From contig RDEW01000005.1 of the NCBI GenBank assembly GCA_011109175.1, forward strand, positions 62,001-126,000: DNA of 64,000 bases, written 5' to 3'. Below are positions 12,028 through 25,008 of this stretch, in pieces (within the stretch, counting starts at the first letter, position 1; every line of letters begins with the position of its first letter). The position numbers and the translations under genes are program-made. The notes under the pieces were generated by a model, which was not told where the DNA came from, searched no databases, and saw nothing but the letters and a program-made list of their open reading frames with translations. Source of the DNA: Dicyema japonicum (taxonomy: Eukaryota > Animalia > Dicyemida).

Positions 12028-15000
12028 TCAAAAATGGCACAAAGTAGCCTCCTGAACAAATCTGAGATCTTCCAAGATCTACAAATTCAAGCAATCGTCA
12101 CCTCGACAACTGTAGAACCAATTTTCCTAGCCAACTCCCGCCGCTCGTGGAAATTCAAAAATATAAATTCCTCCAACAACCGTTTGTCCAAAATTTCAGT
12201 CCGGTTTCGGGACATGTCTACTCCCTGCCTTTAAATAAGCCCATTCACAACCGATAAGACTGGGGATTCAGAAAGGCTGTATGACACACACTCACAGACA
12301 GGAGACTCTGCAGAATCCTCAGTCGTTTGAAGATTTTCTCGTTCAGAGGAACCATACAGGAAATCCCACCATCATTCATAGCTTAATGTTACATCAAAAG
12401 TCACCCAAATATGTGATCTGCGGTAAATTTGAGCCACCCTGTAGAGAAATTCGCCACATAGAACTCACCAGAGATCCCACGTGGAAGGAAGTAAGCAAAT
12501 GCAGCCATTGACCACTCCCACTCTGCCAAGAAACTACCAGTAAACCACAACACAACCTTCTGGCCTGTACTCAAACACGTTCAGATTCCCACCAGTACAT
12601 GAAGCTACAATTCAAACCCACTACAACCAATAAATGAGAGACCGCTATTATTGACCAAATAATCGACGGAGATAATCTCCAATTTGTCCACGTGCTACCA
12701 TCATATACTCCACCAACCTTGCTAACCAGTGAGAGGACACGGTTTTCCGCATCAAAGTGCAACAAAGCAACGCTTTTGACTATATCTGCCACCAAAATCA
12801 AATTTTTAAGACAAGTCATGGTGGTACAGTAAATATTGGAGTCCACAAAGGCGATTGCTGTCAGGTCATTGTCGCTCTTCCTGATGGTCAGAGCGTAGAT
12901 CTTCTGACCTATTGCAGCAATCAGGAATCCGTTGCATTCACAGAGAGCTGTGGCAGGAGCCCGCTGTTCCTTCTCGTAGAAATTCTGTCAGTTAGATTAG
13001 TTACCACCTTCAATTTGTGCCTCGAATTAAGGACTCCTGGCTCCGGTACCACTTCAACCACCTCGTACAAGTAAATCTGAAATCTGGCCCAACAACTCCA
13101 CTTTTCCGCGAGATGTGACCTCCTCTCCCGAACACGTGACCATACTGGTGACGAGGAAGTCGCTTCTACCCTCCGTTGCAGATATATTCCGTAGACTGAC
13201 GAAGCTGCAGCACGTGCCTGTTCCCAGAGTTCAAAGTCGATGCTGGAATACCCAAAAACCAAAAACCGAGTATTGGAGATCTCTTCCATATCCCCAGACA
13301 ACAGCTTCACAAAAAACCAGCTTATGCGAGGCAGAACAAACCCACTTTCTAAAATATCCCAATTCAAGACCTGTCTCGACTTCCAACACTTCTCGGTCTC
13401 CTCCAACATACGGACTAAAATATTGTTGTCATGTTCTTCACTACAGACAAGAGCATAGATCTGACAATAAAACAGAACTGACATTTTTGGCGGGATTATG
13501 GCAAATAAAATGGACTGTAGCTCTCTGAGGGGATTTTGAAGTAATCCACTCACTTTCCAACGATTTATCATAATAATTTAAGCTTGCAATGTTCATCACA
13601 TTCTAGAATCTTAGAGGTAACCGAACCTGATCCGTTAAGTAAATGAAACCATCAGAACAGCTGTTTGGGTTGGAGAAGCAAGCGAATGAGATTATTTGAT
13701 GGTCACAACTCATTCTATGCTGCTGAAAAACTCCACCTGCAGACAATATGAACCAACAAGGGTTAGATCCACATAAAAACAACTTGGTGTAAAAATAATT
13801 CAAACTCCAGAATAACCACCAATTTTAGTGAAAGGTTTAAGCATTCTATTTCCCCCTAAAGTTCCCCCAATAAGCACGGAATGACGGATTTTCTTAAAAC
13901 GGAGTCGTTTTTCCGCAAAACAAAAGGCTGCGTAAATGTGAAGTTCATTTTCGGTCATCAACTAAGATAAAACCAGCAAATTACAAAGAGAATGCTTTTG
14001 TAATATTTATGGCCCATCGTGAGAAACACAAATTCCGTCACCGAATCGAAAGACTGGTCAACTCCTTCTCTATAACCGTTGAAGACAGAATGAGGACTGG
14101 CAAGTAAACCCGAGATTCACATTATTGGTGGGGTAATCGGATCATTCACGTCGTAGAGGTGCTGAGGGAACATATGCAGGTTTTTATTGCAAAAATGAAG
14201 CTTCCCTTTGAGGCCAACTCCAAATCTAAGCTCAAAATACGAGAAAACCTCAAATTCAAGGGTCTCCTTACGAATGAGTAAAATCCAGGCTGTAACTTGA
14301 CCGGAACAATTGCAACAACTTGAAAGAAATCCACGGTCGTCACTGAAATGGGAAAACGTGATATTGTTTGTCCTTCAATAAAGCGACTAAATTACCTCTC
14401 CCAAAATGAGCGGATAAGTCCTCAAAGAAAGAGTCGTCTCAACTTCGAGGATAAACAAACGGCCACATGAGGAGTGGAATATAACACAAGGTCCACTAAG
14501 CAATCCAGCGTTTTGGCACACACGAGGGAGAGAAATAGAAAATAGTCTCTCATCTAAATTTAAGTAATATTTATAAAAGTAAACAAATATAAAAACATAA
14601 AAATTTTAATATTAAACAATGATTTTTTAAATATTAAAAATTAATTAGATAAAAAACAATTTCAACTTTTAGTAAACAAGTAAGCCGACTGCTGGCAAAT
14701 TTGGATAAAATAATGATCCATAATAGTTGTGGCATACACGGTAGTCTCCATAGTACTGAAGCCACCGTCATCAATCTCAGTGATCTCATTCCCATTGGAG
14801 AAAACCTTATAGTCACACAATAGGTCAACCAAGGTCCCATTGGATCTGCTAATCAGCAACAAGTCGTGGTAAACAGAATCCGCTAACCGCAATGTAAACA
14901 AATCCAACGATTGTGTCAATTTAAATGCTGTCATCACACATGGTTTAACTGATCTCTAACAATTAGCAATATTTTCTACCTCCAAACACGTGACATGCCC

Positions 15001-16716
15001 TGTTTCTTGAAATCCCGAGGATAAGACAAGCTTCACGCCCAATTTGTGAGATGCTCCATTCGAATAAGCGAGGTCAGTAGCAAGACAAGGCCCAATGTTC
15101 TCGATTTCCTCACATAGCTACAAGATGAGACAAAAAAGGTCAACATCCAAGGAAACGCATGTTCCACTAAAAAACGGATCAAATCCAGCGTCGATATCGC
15201 CATAAATATCCTCTAGTTGGATTATATTGTTATTTTGTTTTGTTGGCGAACCTAAAATAAAATAGAATTTTTGAAACCTTCTAAAGTGTTGAGTACTTTT
15301 GGTTCTTCGACTTCCATTTCGCTTGTAATGGAAGTGAACTGTCATAGTAAAGTCAACTAAAACCTTAATTTTTAGCAGCTGAGATGTTCCGAGAACAGAT
15401 CCTACGAATACAAAATCCAGGAAAGAGATCATCTAAAATCGATTTGAAAATTACACAAAAAGGCGTAGTAATGACAAAAGATGGACTCAGCTTAGTCAAT
15501 TGTAGCTTTTGCACAATCCTGAATCTATCGCTCTCAAAATTAAGCAAATATCTAAATAACATACAAATCTGACATCTTTGATTCTGACAGTCCAATTAGT
15601 GCCTGACTAGGGGAGATAAAGCATGAGACAGCGCCTTCTATTGTCAAGCTTAAGTCGTTCTTCTCTGAGCATTAAAAATAAGAGAACCAAACGGAAAGGC
15701 GGTCGACTCCTCAACTATGCAATTTAATCCGAGAGAACACGTAGGGGATCCTTGATTCAGGTAGATAATGCTGTTCACTGCCAAAACTAAAACTCCCCCT
15801 ACAAATATAAAGAAAGAATACCGAAAGGCCGGGGGACCGGAAGGAGAGACTGGCAGTCGTAGGGAAGTCCTGAATGTGACCATATTATGGGACATGAGTC
15901 CATATTTGCTAAGGAAATTGCCACGAGGGCAAAAGTGTCTCGAATCGAGTTAATTAGGCTAGAAATAAAAATTTATGAGCATACCCAGCCCATGTGACAT
16001 TAGGTTCGTACATAATGAGAAGTGTTGGTTCGTTGTAACCAACAAGAAACTGCATATCCACGACGTTGATGATTCTTTCATCATAGGTGGCCCACAAATC
16101 AATGGAAAATGAAGGAATTTCGTTAACAGGTTCGTTTCTGGGTAAAATAGTTTAAAAACGATTCAAAATTTCCCGCACTTTTCATAAACGGGAGAACAAA
16201 CAATAAAGGTTCTTGTGACAGAAAGGCAGTACAGCGACTGTCTTGATCAGTCCTTAACAAGCTAGGAAGCCTCATTGAGTTGACTCGTGGACACTACAAT
16301 CAAAGAAATAATAAACTGATAGTAAATTTGCCTCGAAATTGTGCAGAGAAGTGGTCACAACATCGTCTATTTCGGGGTCATATTTCATCAGCACAACCTG
16401 TGTTGTTTTTAAAGGAAAACCTTAGCCAACTCGAAGGAAACAATAAGGGTGGATATCTTGCCGTCTAAACAAACATGGGTGAGTCCGGAAATATCGCCAA
16501 ATACATCGAATGAGAGTAGAAACTCCAAACATGGCTAACTGACTTAAAATGGCAAACCTCATTACTGTCATGGACCACTTTATAAATTTTAACAAAATTT
16601 ATTCCCGCCATAATAAGAGAGAGAAACTCCTCAGAAATAAAATTACAGCACGTGGAGAATCTCACAGCATTATTGGAATGAATTTGAGAATAAAGCGAAT
16701 ATACGTCTTTTTGCAT
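12028..16716 (-). CDS. CPSF1: Cleavage and polyadenylation specificity factor subunit 1 (CPSF160), many micro-introns
   Basis: N-term VYSLYSQIH...CCNF; GGVLVLAVNSIIYLNQ; GEEVTSRGK|IYLYEVVEVVPEPG; EKEQRAPATALCECNGFLIAAIGQKI; C-term ERRELARKIGST|ILEDL..HF*. Seven consecutive 23-nt introns in 12079-13007. Frameshifts near 13215 and 13404. Confidence 0.95.
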
Positions 16717-17024
16717 TAATCTAGTAGAATTAGATGAAAAGTCAGCATACACACACGTTCGATTATAAAAATATTATTCCATCAATTTAAATATAATATA
16801 TTAAATTATTTTATTTTGTCAATTTAAATTTAATTTACTGTTTGTTATTGTTTTGTTGAGATTTGAGTAAATCTTAGTTTTGTCAATTCTGTTGTGCTTA
16901 CTCATATATCGTTTATGAATTTATTAACTTTTAAGATCGTGGATCAAATGTTAAGTAAAATATTTCCAATTCAAAATTAATTAATTTTAAGACTTAAGTT
17001 AAAGCACATCTCATTTTTAAGATA

Positions 17025-17095
17025 AAAAGCGGCCACCCTGACTGCGTGGCTACTATTACCTCTCAGGATGGCAAGCGATTTTCGACTATTCTTGT
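17025..17095 (-). mobile_element. CRE-like 3' end fragment
   Basis: gcggccaccctgactgcgtggcta...ctctcaggatggcaagcga is the same LAILRGNSHAVRAA tail. Confidence 0.65.
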
Positions 17096-17099
17096 CGTT

Positions 17100-17710
17100 A
17101 GCCTTCTCCATCCTTTTCGCTGTCTTGCTTACTGTCTGATTTCGTTCAGATCGTCTACATCCATCAATTGGCCCCGATCACAGCATAATCCTCCGCAAGT
17201 GTCCTAGGAAGACAACTTCTTGGACGTCTTCTGAACGTAGAAATTTTAGTATGACCAAAGAATTCTTCCATGGCGGCATTGCATGGTGTTTCTTCACCCA
17301 TCTATAGAATATGTCTAAAAAGGCGCCAGTGGGCTTCAAGTGCTTTTTACTTATTGGTCCACAATCAGTCAATCTGTATAATTTATTGTTTTAGATTTTC
17401 CTCGGCCAAGAATATCCAAGGAATTTTTTTTGACCTCTGTGAAACGAGTCGAGTTGCTCCATGTCTTTCTTTGGTGTTCCCCAAGTACCTGCGTTGTATA
17501 TCAGGACTGGTCGGACAAATCCATTATATAAGCGTAACCACATCTTAGTAGGAATTCGATTCTTTCTCATCAAAATGGGTTGTATTTAAGTGCTATTGTG
17601 GCCAATATCTTTCGTCTTGTGATATCTTCTGAATCGCCAAGTAACGATCTGAGTTTTCGGATGTTCCTTCTCTTTTTGATTGAGATGGTGACGTTCCTCT
17701 CTTAGTTATG
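17100..17710 (-). mobile_element. RTE LINE RT C-terminal and 3' fragment
   Basis: LRLYNGFVRPVLIYNAGTWG..MEQLDSFHR..LGYSWPRKI. Confidence 0.85.
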
Positions 17711-17714
17711 TCTC

Positions 17715-18400
17715 AAACTTGTTCTCGTTCTATTCGATCCACGATGAAGATTATGGAAAATACCACCTAATGTTACTACCGTCTGAATGCCGACACTATG
17801 GACTGGGATTTGCTGTCCGAGCTTCGTTGAGAAAACGAGAGTTCAAAATGTGGAGTGTTAATGATCGTATTTCGATTCTTCAAATCAAACTAAAACCGAC
17901 AGGGAATAAACTGTTGAGTATTATCAACGTATATGCATTCCATTCCGATAGAATATGGGATACCCCGATGAGTTGGACGAAATTTATGCAAGCCTTTCCA
18001 AAGTGTGCATCGAACTGAACAAAACAACAATCATGTTTCTGACGGGAGACTGGAATGGCAAAGCAGGCATTAAGAAAAACTATGAAATATGTATTGGAAG
18101 GCACGAAAGAGGCTATCGAAACTCTTCTGTAGAGTCTCTAATTGGGTTTTGTCTGGCATTTGGTCTTTATCTCTGCAATACGACCTTTCAACATCCAGCC
18201 AGGCATAAGACGACATGGACTGGCCACAGAAAAGACCAAGACGGCCGAGAGATTAAAGTACACAATCAAATAGATTATATATTACGTGAGAATGCACATA
18301 AAAACTTGCTCGTGGACTCACGCTCATATGGAGGAGCTGCAACAAATAGTGATCAAAGGATAACGGTGGCTCGGATTTGCTATTTGGTTTTAAGACTTAA
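17715..18400 (+). mobile_element. RTE LINE APE endonuclease fragment
   Basis: HYGLGFAVR, IINVYAF, GDWNGKAG, HPARHKTTWTG, NQIDYIL, SRSYGG..SDQR. Confidence 0.88.
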
Positions 18401-18466
18401 GTTGAAAATATCTAATTAAACCAACTTAAATATTAAGTCTGATATTACCGTACCCTATTCTATATA

Positions 18467-18712
18467 GCCGCGTGGAGTCATGTGGTGATATGTGACTAGT
18501 TGGTTAAAAATTTATGTTCTTACCCTCTGATTGCGGCATTGGATCCACCTTAGTAAGGAGACGCCCAATGCCTGGCGAGCATTAAAAGGATCAAATTACT
18601 CTTTCCACCGGGGAGCAATTTCGTTACCTAAAGACAAGTTCTGGAATCACTGGATTAAGGAGTTAGTTAGTTTGGTTACCCTTGGTCCTTGAAATAATTT
18701 TATTTATAAGTA
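18467..18712 (+). mobile_element. SINE family D, subfamily D2
   Basis: Head tagccgcgtggagtcatgtgg and central ggatccacc...gacgcccaatgcc..gcattaaaaggatc; matches 37075-37300 on the minus strand. Confidence 0.7.
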
Positions 18713-19559
18713 AATAGTACTTTTACTGTGGTTTTGAAATTGAAACTTAAGTCTTATCTGATTTTTACGAAATGGGTTTTGTGAAATTTTATCATTTGAA
18801 TTTATTATACCAAAAGGGCTATGGCTTAAGGCTAAGACAAAAGATTGGAATAGCCATACTCCGAGGAACTCGTTTCGCAATCCACGCAGCAGGCTTTCCT
18901 CAAACTGATATTTGTTTTAATTATTAATTAACCTAAAATTATGAATTATACCAAAAGAACATTGCAATTTAGTAACAATCATCTTATTGTAATGGCTTCC
19001 AATATTCTTATTAAAATATTATTAATAAAAATTGAAATCTTCAAGCGTCATGGGATCTTCTTGGTTCAGGAGACAGCAAGTGTTTTGGCAGCATCCAAAA
19101 AAGATCCCTCTCTTCCCTACTCTATGGGTTTCCCACAATGAAGGATATGGATGGACGTGATGCTTGAATGGATGCCTCCCATTCCTACCAAGGACTAGAT
19201 TAAAACAGTTTCAGTTGTGTCCTTGGTTATTAAAAATATTTTTTTTGATAAAACTGGTTTGATTCGAATGCATTCTATGCCGTCTTTCGTCCTCACCATG
19301 CATCGATTTTCTAAATAGATATATGCGATAGATATCTAACTTATAATTTATCGTTCTTTTCTTTTTCTTATGTATGAGTCCCAGGTGGCAATCCGGTTCC
19401 GTACTGATTAAACACTTATTACTCTTTGAGGCAGGGCTGTTGTGTGTTGTGTCGCCATGTATTAAATGCTTTTTGAATTTCAAATGGTTTTTTGTCAAAA
19501 AACGTGTTGTATTGTCGTGTTGTGTTGATTTTCGCCTATTGAGATTTTTCTCCTATTCT

Positions 19560-22430
19560 TGACTTTCACCTATTGTTGATTCAGTGGAATGTTACTCGAA
19601 AAGTCATCGTCAATTGCTCTGCCTGCAACATGAACAATTTGAGAAAGTTCGGAATTTCTTGTTCTGTCTATGGAGCTTCTTTCACCTCAGATGTTTGAAG
19701 CTCTCTCAGGCCTCATCCGCGCCTTTGGGATATGGCACTGCCGCTCGTGCTTTGGAATTGGCTGGGGGTTTTCTAATGGTCACGCGAGTCCATACACCTC
19801 CAGAGAAAACCTTTCCCAATTTGGATCCAGATTCGCTACTCAAACTTATCAATGAACGTCGTACATCGAAAAATATCCCGGTGAAGATCCCAAAAGCAGC
19901 ATGCTCCCTAGTACCGAAGCCTTAACCAAAGCAATCGACGATGCTCTCCACTCCGACTCTATAAACGACTGGATACGTTTGTTTAATTTTGCTCCTTTCG
20001 CACTTGGCTCCTCAGAGATTGCAATGGGAAGAGTCTCTCTTGATTGAATGAAGAACAACATCCGCGCATTTATGGATGGAACTCACTTTACAGACCTCCC
20101 GTCCTTTTGCATCCGTTCAACTGAGACTCGAAGTTCAACTCGGGAAAAAGAGATTTTTGGCCTAAGAAGACCGTACGATCGAAGTTGCTTGAAGGAGGAA
20201 CCCGATCCGCATTGAAGGCCCTCTCACTCTCAGGTGAACCACGCAATCTAACCTGATACTTACAAGATTATATTGGACAACGAATGACCTACGCCACTGC
20301 TTCAGAAGTGACCCCTTTGTCCACGTCGCCTGATGATGTCATCACGGCGTTATGGAACTTTGCACCAAGTAGCTGTGGAGGTCTCGATGGCTTAAGGCCC
20401 GGCCATCTTAAAGACCTTATTTCACCGACTATTGGAGACCAAGCAAGTCGTCTTTCATACTCACTCACTTCTCTTATGAACAGGATATTATCTGGACATT
20501 TGCCTGATTTGATACGACATATTGTTTTCGGCTAGTCTGATTGCAGTCGACAAGAAGGGAGGTGGTATCCGCCCGATCGCGGTCGGATTCACCTTCAGGA
20601 GATTAGCAGCCAAGATTGCTTCCAGATTTTCTACGTCAATCTTGTCAAAATCCATACTTCCCAGTCAGGTTGGAGTCGGAGTTCGTCTTGGATGTGAGGC
20701 AGCCGTTCAAGACATTCAGGAACCGCAGCATTTAAGACTTTAAAAAGCACAGTATGATAAAGCTGGATATCAAGAACGTTTTTAACAGGTTAAGATGAGA
20801 CTGCATTCTGGAGGCCTGCAAGGAAAGATGTCCGTACATATTTGAACTGGTCAATTATTCATACGGAAAACCTTCATCACTATTGCACGGGGATTTCATA
20901 GTTCCATCGTCCTCAGGTGTTCAACAGGGCGACCCCCTCGGACCACTGCTGTTCTCCCTCGGAATTGAGAGGATACGAAGCTTTCTCGATGCCCACTCAA
21001 CATCTGGTACCTCGATGACGCTGTCTTAGGAGGTCCCCCGGAAACGGTCTTCCAGGAGTTAACAGTACTCATCCCGCGTTATCCGAGGTGGGTCTTTAGT
21101 TAAGTACAACGAAATGTGAAATAACAAACTGTGGTCTTGCTGACGATGACTTCTCTTCAATTGTTCAAAATTTTACTCCTTGTTTCCGGTGGGATTTCGA
21201 CCCCTGAAAACAAATTGATTTTTCTTGGATCCCCGATCACTAGAATGCGATGAAGCATGTCTTCCTAGACAAAAAACAACTCCTATGCGAATCGCTGGAA
21301 GATTACAGCTCTTGACTCACACTCATCATTATTCCTCATGAAAAGAAGTCTTAAAATTTAAAGAATCGCCTATGTACTCAGGAGAGCCCGTACTATTCCA
21401 ACTGGAGAAGCTTGAGCTCTTTGATTTGTCTTTCTCAGCTCCACGGAGCAAATATTTAATGTCAAATTCGACGATGCTACATATAAGCAAGCTACACTCC
21501 CAGTTAGATTTGGGGTCTTGGAATCCGTCGTACTTTGAACGTTTCACTTCCTGCACACCTTCTTCACTCAAGGCCTGTGAACCTTTGGTCAGGAGGATTC
21601 TACACTACCCGAATTCTCAATTGACCAAAACATAATCCACACACAAGAATCTTGGAATGCCACTAACTTCCCCTGCCTCCTTCACATGACTGCCAGCGAA
21701 ACATGGACAATTTATTGTGTTGGAAATCATATGGAATCCTACTGGAATCAGCCAATCAGCACCGACGCACTTGTTTTGCTTCCCCGAGCGGAGCTTGGCT
21801 AAACGCCATCCCAATGGAGCTCTGGGCACTTTCTGGATAATGAATGCGTTAAAAGTGTTATCTCTCTGTGGCTGGAACTGAAAGTATGTGTACCTCACCC
21901 GTGCTGAGTGGCATCCTGATAGACTGATATGGCCTGCACCCACTCGCCTGCAAGAGGAGCGCTGGCAGATCCAAGGCACAAAGCTCTGAATGAGACTGTC
22001 AAGCGGCTATAGATGCTGCTGGATACTCGGCCATTCTTGAACCAGTCGGGTTATGCAGAAGTGACAGGAAACGACCGGACAGGATGACCATATTTCCCTT
22101 TGAGGCCGGGAAGCCACTTTTTGGAACGTGACACGTACAGACACGTTCGCCCAGAACAATCTTACGAGTGCACTTCAAGGGCCTGTTTTGCAGCCGTCAA
22201 GGCAGAGAAGGCCTAAACTCGAAAAATACGGCGACCTTCCCGATAATGTCCAATTTGTTCCCCTTGCTATGGAGACTTCCGGATCCTACTCACCCTCTAC
22301 ATTAGAGTTTTTCAAACGTCTTGGAATTGGATCACCTCATGCACTGGAGATCTCCGCGTACGCCGCTGGCTGTTTGAGGAAATTTTGCTTGCAATTCTGA
22401 AAGGAACTGATTGAACTGAGTGACTTTGTT
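19560..22430 (+). mobile_element. Near-full-length degenerate CRE-like non-LTR retrotransposon (RT plus RLE)
   Basis: GGLDGLRPGHLKD, LIAVDKKGGGIRPIAVGFTFRRLAAK, QVGVGVRLGCEAAV, KLDIKNVFN, GVQQGDPLGPLLFSL, WYLDDAVLGG, RSDRKRPDRMTIFPFEAGKPLFWNVT, FVPLAMETSG. Confidence 0.92.
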
Positions 22431-23039
22431 ATGCCTCCTCACATAGTCACCATTGAGCATTCGGCTACAACGTGTAACCAAATGATCCACTGATTTGTTA
22501 GCCTTTTTCTAATGACTGCAATCTGAATTATTAGTATCAAAAAACAAGTTCATTTAATGTAGCAGACAATACATGTCTTCTGATCTCGGGGTATTATTTC
22601 CACTGGTTAACCACTCCGAAGACCCGACCAGATCAACGTTCCCATCTCCGTAACTGTTAAACAGCATAGAGTGAAGTTTTCTTCGCAATATAATCAATCA
22701 GGCCTATCTCCTGACTTTCTCTGATAGTCTTTATATTAACTCGAGTTAGATCCATCTTCTATTTGAAAAAAGGAATCCTGTGATTGTGGTCATGTGTGTT
22801 TTCTTAGTTGCCTGTTCGAGTAGCCAGCTATTATTTGGAGGATGTTTAATTTTTGTTTTGCTTTAATGCAAAGTACTTCAACGTGTTTGTTAAAACTTAT
22901 GACGTGTCAAACGTGACTCCGAAGATTTGGGATATTTAACCACTGGGAGAAGTTCGTTGTTGAAGTATATATTCAGTCTGCGTTTAAATTGTCTTTAGTC
23001 AGTTATAAAAATTGTCACTCAAGATTTCAAATTAGTAAA

Positions 23040-23700
23040 ACCGTCTGCAATAAACTGTGTCAAGGTGGAGAGATGGGAGGTTGTTGAGTGAAGGGGACGA
23101 AAGCCATGTTATAATTTGGAATAGTAAGGTGTCCTAAAGTCTCCTTCAAGACTATTATTTCCAAAATCTTCGATTCAACTGAGGTAAGGGAAATAGGTCT
23201 GTAAGAGGAAGAGGAGGGGGAATCTTTGTTATTTTTGATTACATGGATAATTATCGATTTCATCCATAACATAGGAATAAAACATGAGTTGATTGAGAAT
23301 TCATAAATGGCCTTGAGAGCATTGAGTCCGTTAGGTCCGAGTGTTTCAAGTGGAGGATACATCGGCCATCGACTCCGTTGGCAGGAGAGTTGCGAGCATT
23401 TTTGATCAAGTCATGGATTAGCGTTACGGGAACTTGGATATTACCCTTCTTAACTCATGGTGGTTGCTTTTTAACTTCCGAAGTTCACCCTGTTATGACG
23501 AAGAGGATCTCCTATCTGTTCTTGACAATAAAATTAAGTCAACTATGAAGCGATTTTAAACACATATTTCGATGACTATGAATGGCTTTAGGCAACGTTG
23601 CCTGTTTTTGGGGAGGAATTGGGAATTACGTACCTTTGGACGCGACATTTAAGTTCATATTTGTCCTCTTATAGCTTTTCGAAGAATTTGATGGATACGG
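23040..23700 (-). mobile_element. Jockey/L2-type LINE RT N-terminal fragment
   Basis: GPNGL...IPMLWMKSIIIHVIKNNKDS..SSYRPISLTSVESKILE. Confidence 0.8.
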
Positions 23701-24399
23701 TCCGCAAATCTATTTCCGGACGGATGTATCTATGAAACCATCTCGACCAATGGACTTGTGGAAGGACCTGTTCCGGAGGGCTGCTCTAATCAGAAAGAGT
23801 ATTCGAGACGTGTCTTTAAAAAAGAGAAGCACCTTGAGTTCTTGGCTGAACATTTATTCTTGTGCCAAGATTGGCAACCTGCTGGATGATGAGGATACTT
23901 GAGTTTGAGCCAGAAGGAATTCGAAGTGAGAAATTGGTACATCAACGCTTCCATGTATCCCAGAGTTCGCATTTCCGTTCGCTTCCTTGTATCCAAACTA
24001 AGTCCATGAAGTAGAATGAGAGGTACATATATATTAAGGAGATGAAGAAATTTTGTGCACTAGAACTATCCCATAATGCGTCAGGGATATGTCACGACCT
24101 CAAAAATACAATCAACTAAGCATTTGACTAGCTACTTTGCGGATAAAAAATTTAATGTTATAAAAAGGGCTGATTGACTTTCTTTCTCGGTGATCTCTGG
24201 TTCCTCAAATAAATGTCTCCCACAAGAGTGCTTGTTGATTTAGGGTATAGATAATTTGAGTGATCTGCAGTTAATGCTCGATGGGAAATCATTCTACGAT
24301 TTTTTGCCAGTTGGCGTTGTAATTACCAAAATGTTGAATTCTTCATGATTAATCTAAAAGCATACAAATCTAGTGCTTCTTTTTTAGTGATCCCTTCTC

Positions 24400-24560
24400 G
24401 GAGTTATTAAATAAATCTACTAGTCAATTATGAATCACTTTGTGGATACTTATTATTGATAAGTCTAAGAAGGTCATACTTGTGACACTCAAACCTCCAC
24501 TTGTTTGAGAAGACCCAAATAAGTCTAGTTGGACCGAAAGTCCAAACATCGAAGACTGCT
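24400..24560 (-). mobile_element. R4/Dong-like RLE remnant
   Basis: LKQVEV..HKYDLL, similar to 25720-26110. Confidence 0.45.
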
Positions 24561-24774
24561 GAAGGAGAGTTCACCTGATTTTTTGCTACGTTCTCGGTGG
24601 AAATTGTAATTTTGTCTCCCATCTTCATTTCCTTATTGAAACCGTATTTAAATAATCTCCATTCAGACAATTTATGTCGAATTCTGAAAAACAATAGAGG
24701 GCGTAATACAAAATTTTACTAAGAACTAACCAAAATTAAGCTTCAGTACTTGATAACTTAATAACATAAAAGAA

Positions 24775-24846
24775 TCCCAAGGCCCGGATTCGAACCGGGG
24801 ACCTAGAGAACTACAGTCTCCCGCTCTACCACTGAGCTACCTCGGG
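24775..24846 (-). tRNA. tRNA-Tyr (GTA), intronless
   Basis: CCCGAGG TA GCTC AGTGGTA GAGC G GGAGA CTGTAGT TCTCT AGGTC CCCGG TTCGAAT CCGGG CCTTGGG A. Complete cloverleaf with C1-G72, discriminator A73 and a downstream T4. Confidence 0.95.
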
Positions 24847-24887
24847 GCTTTTTTATTTATCAATATTATTTTTATTTATCAATATTA

Positions 24888-25008
24888 TTCCAATATTCAT
24901 TACAGGCTTCCGGTTCCGAAGAGAGGTGGGGAAGTAGGTCCGCCCTCTTCCATTTTTGTCCCACGTCCTACCGTCATGGACATCACTTCAATCTTTAACG
25001 GAATAGTC
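24888..25008 (-). mobile_element. SINE family C fragment
   Basis: Near-identical to the reverse complement of 33885-34010. Confidence 0.85.

Noticed and set aside
8554-16468. Plus-strand ORFs overlapping ERp44 and CPSF1 as independent antisense genes
   Set aside because: They are shadows of the more GC-rich minus-strand exons, with no recognisable motifs or consistent splice structure.
17100-18400. Head-to-head RTE fragments as a twin-priming 5' inversion
   Set aside because: The inverted piece ends in the endonuclease, about 1.5 kb of element sequence away from where the 3' piece starts, so the expected near-contiguity is absent. Two independent fragments are as likely.
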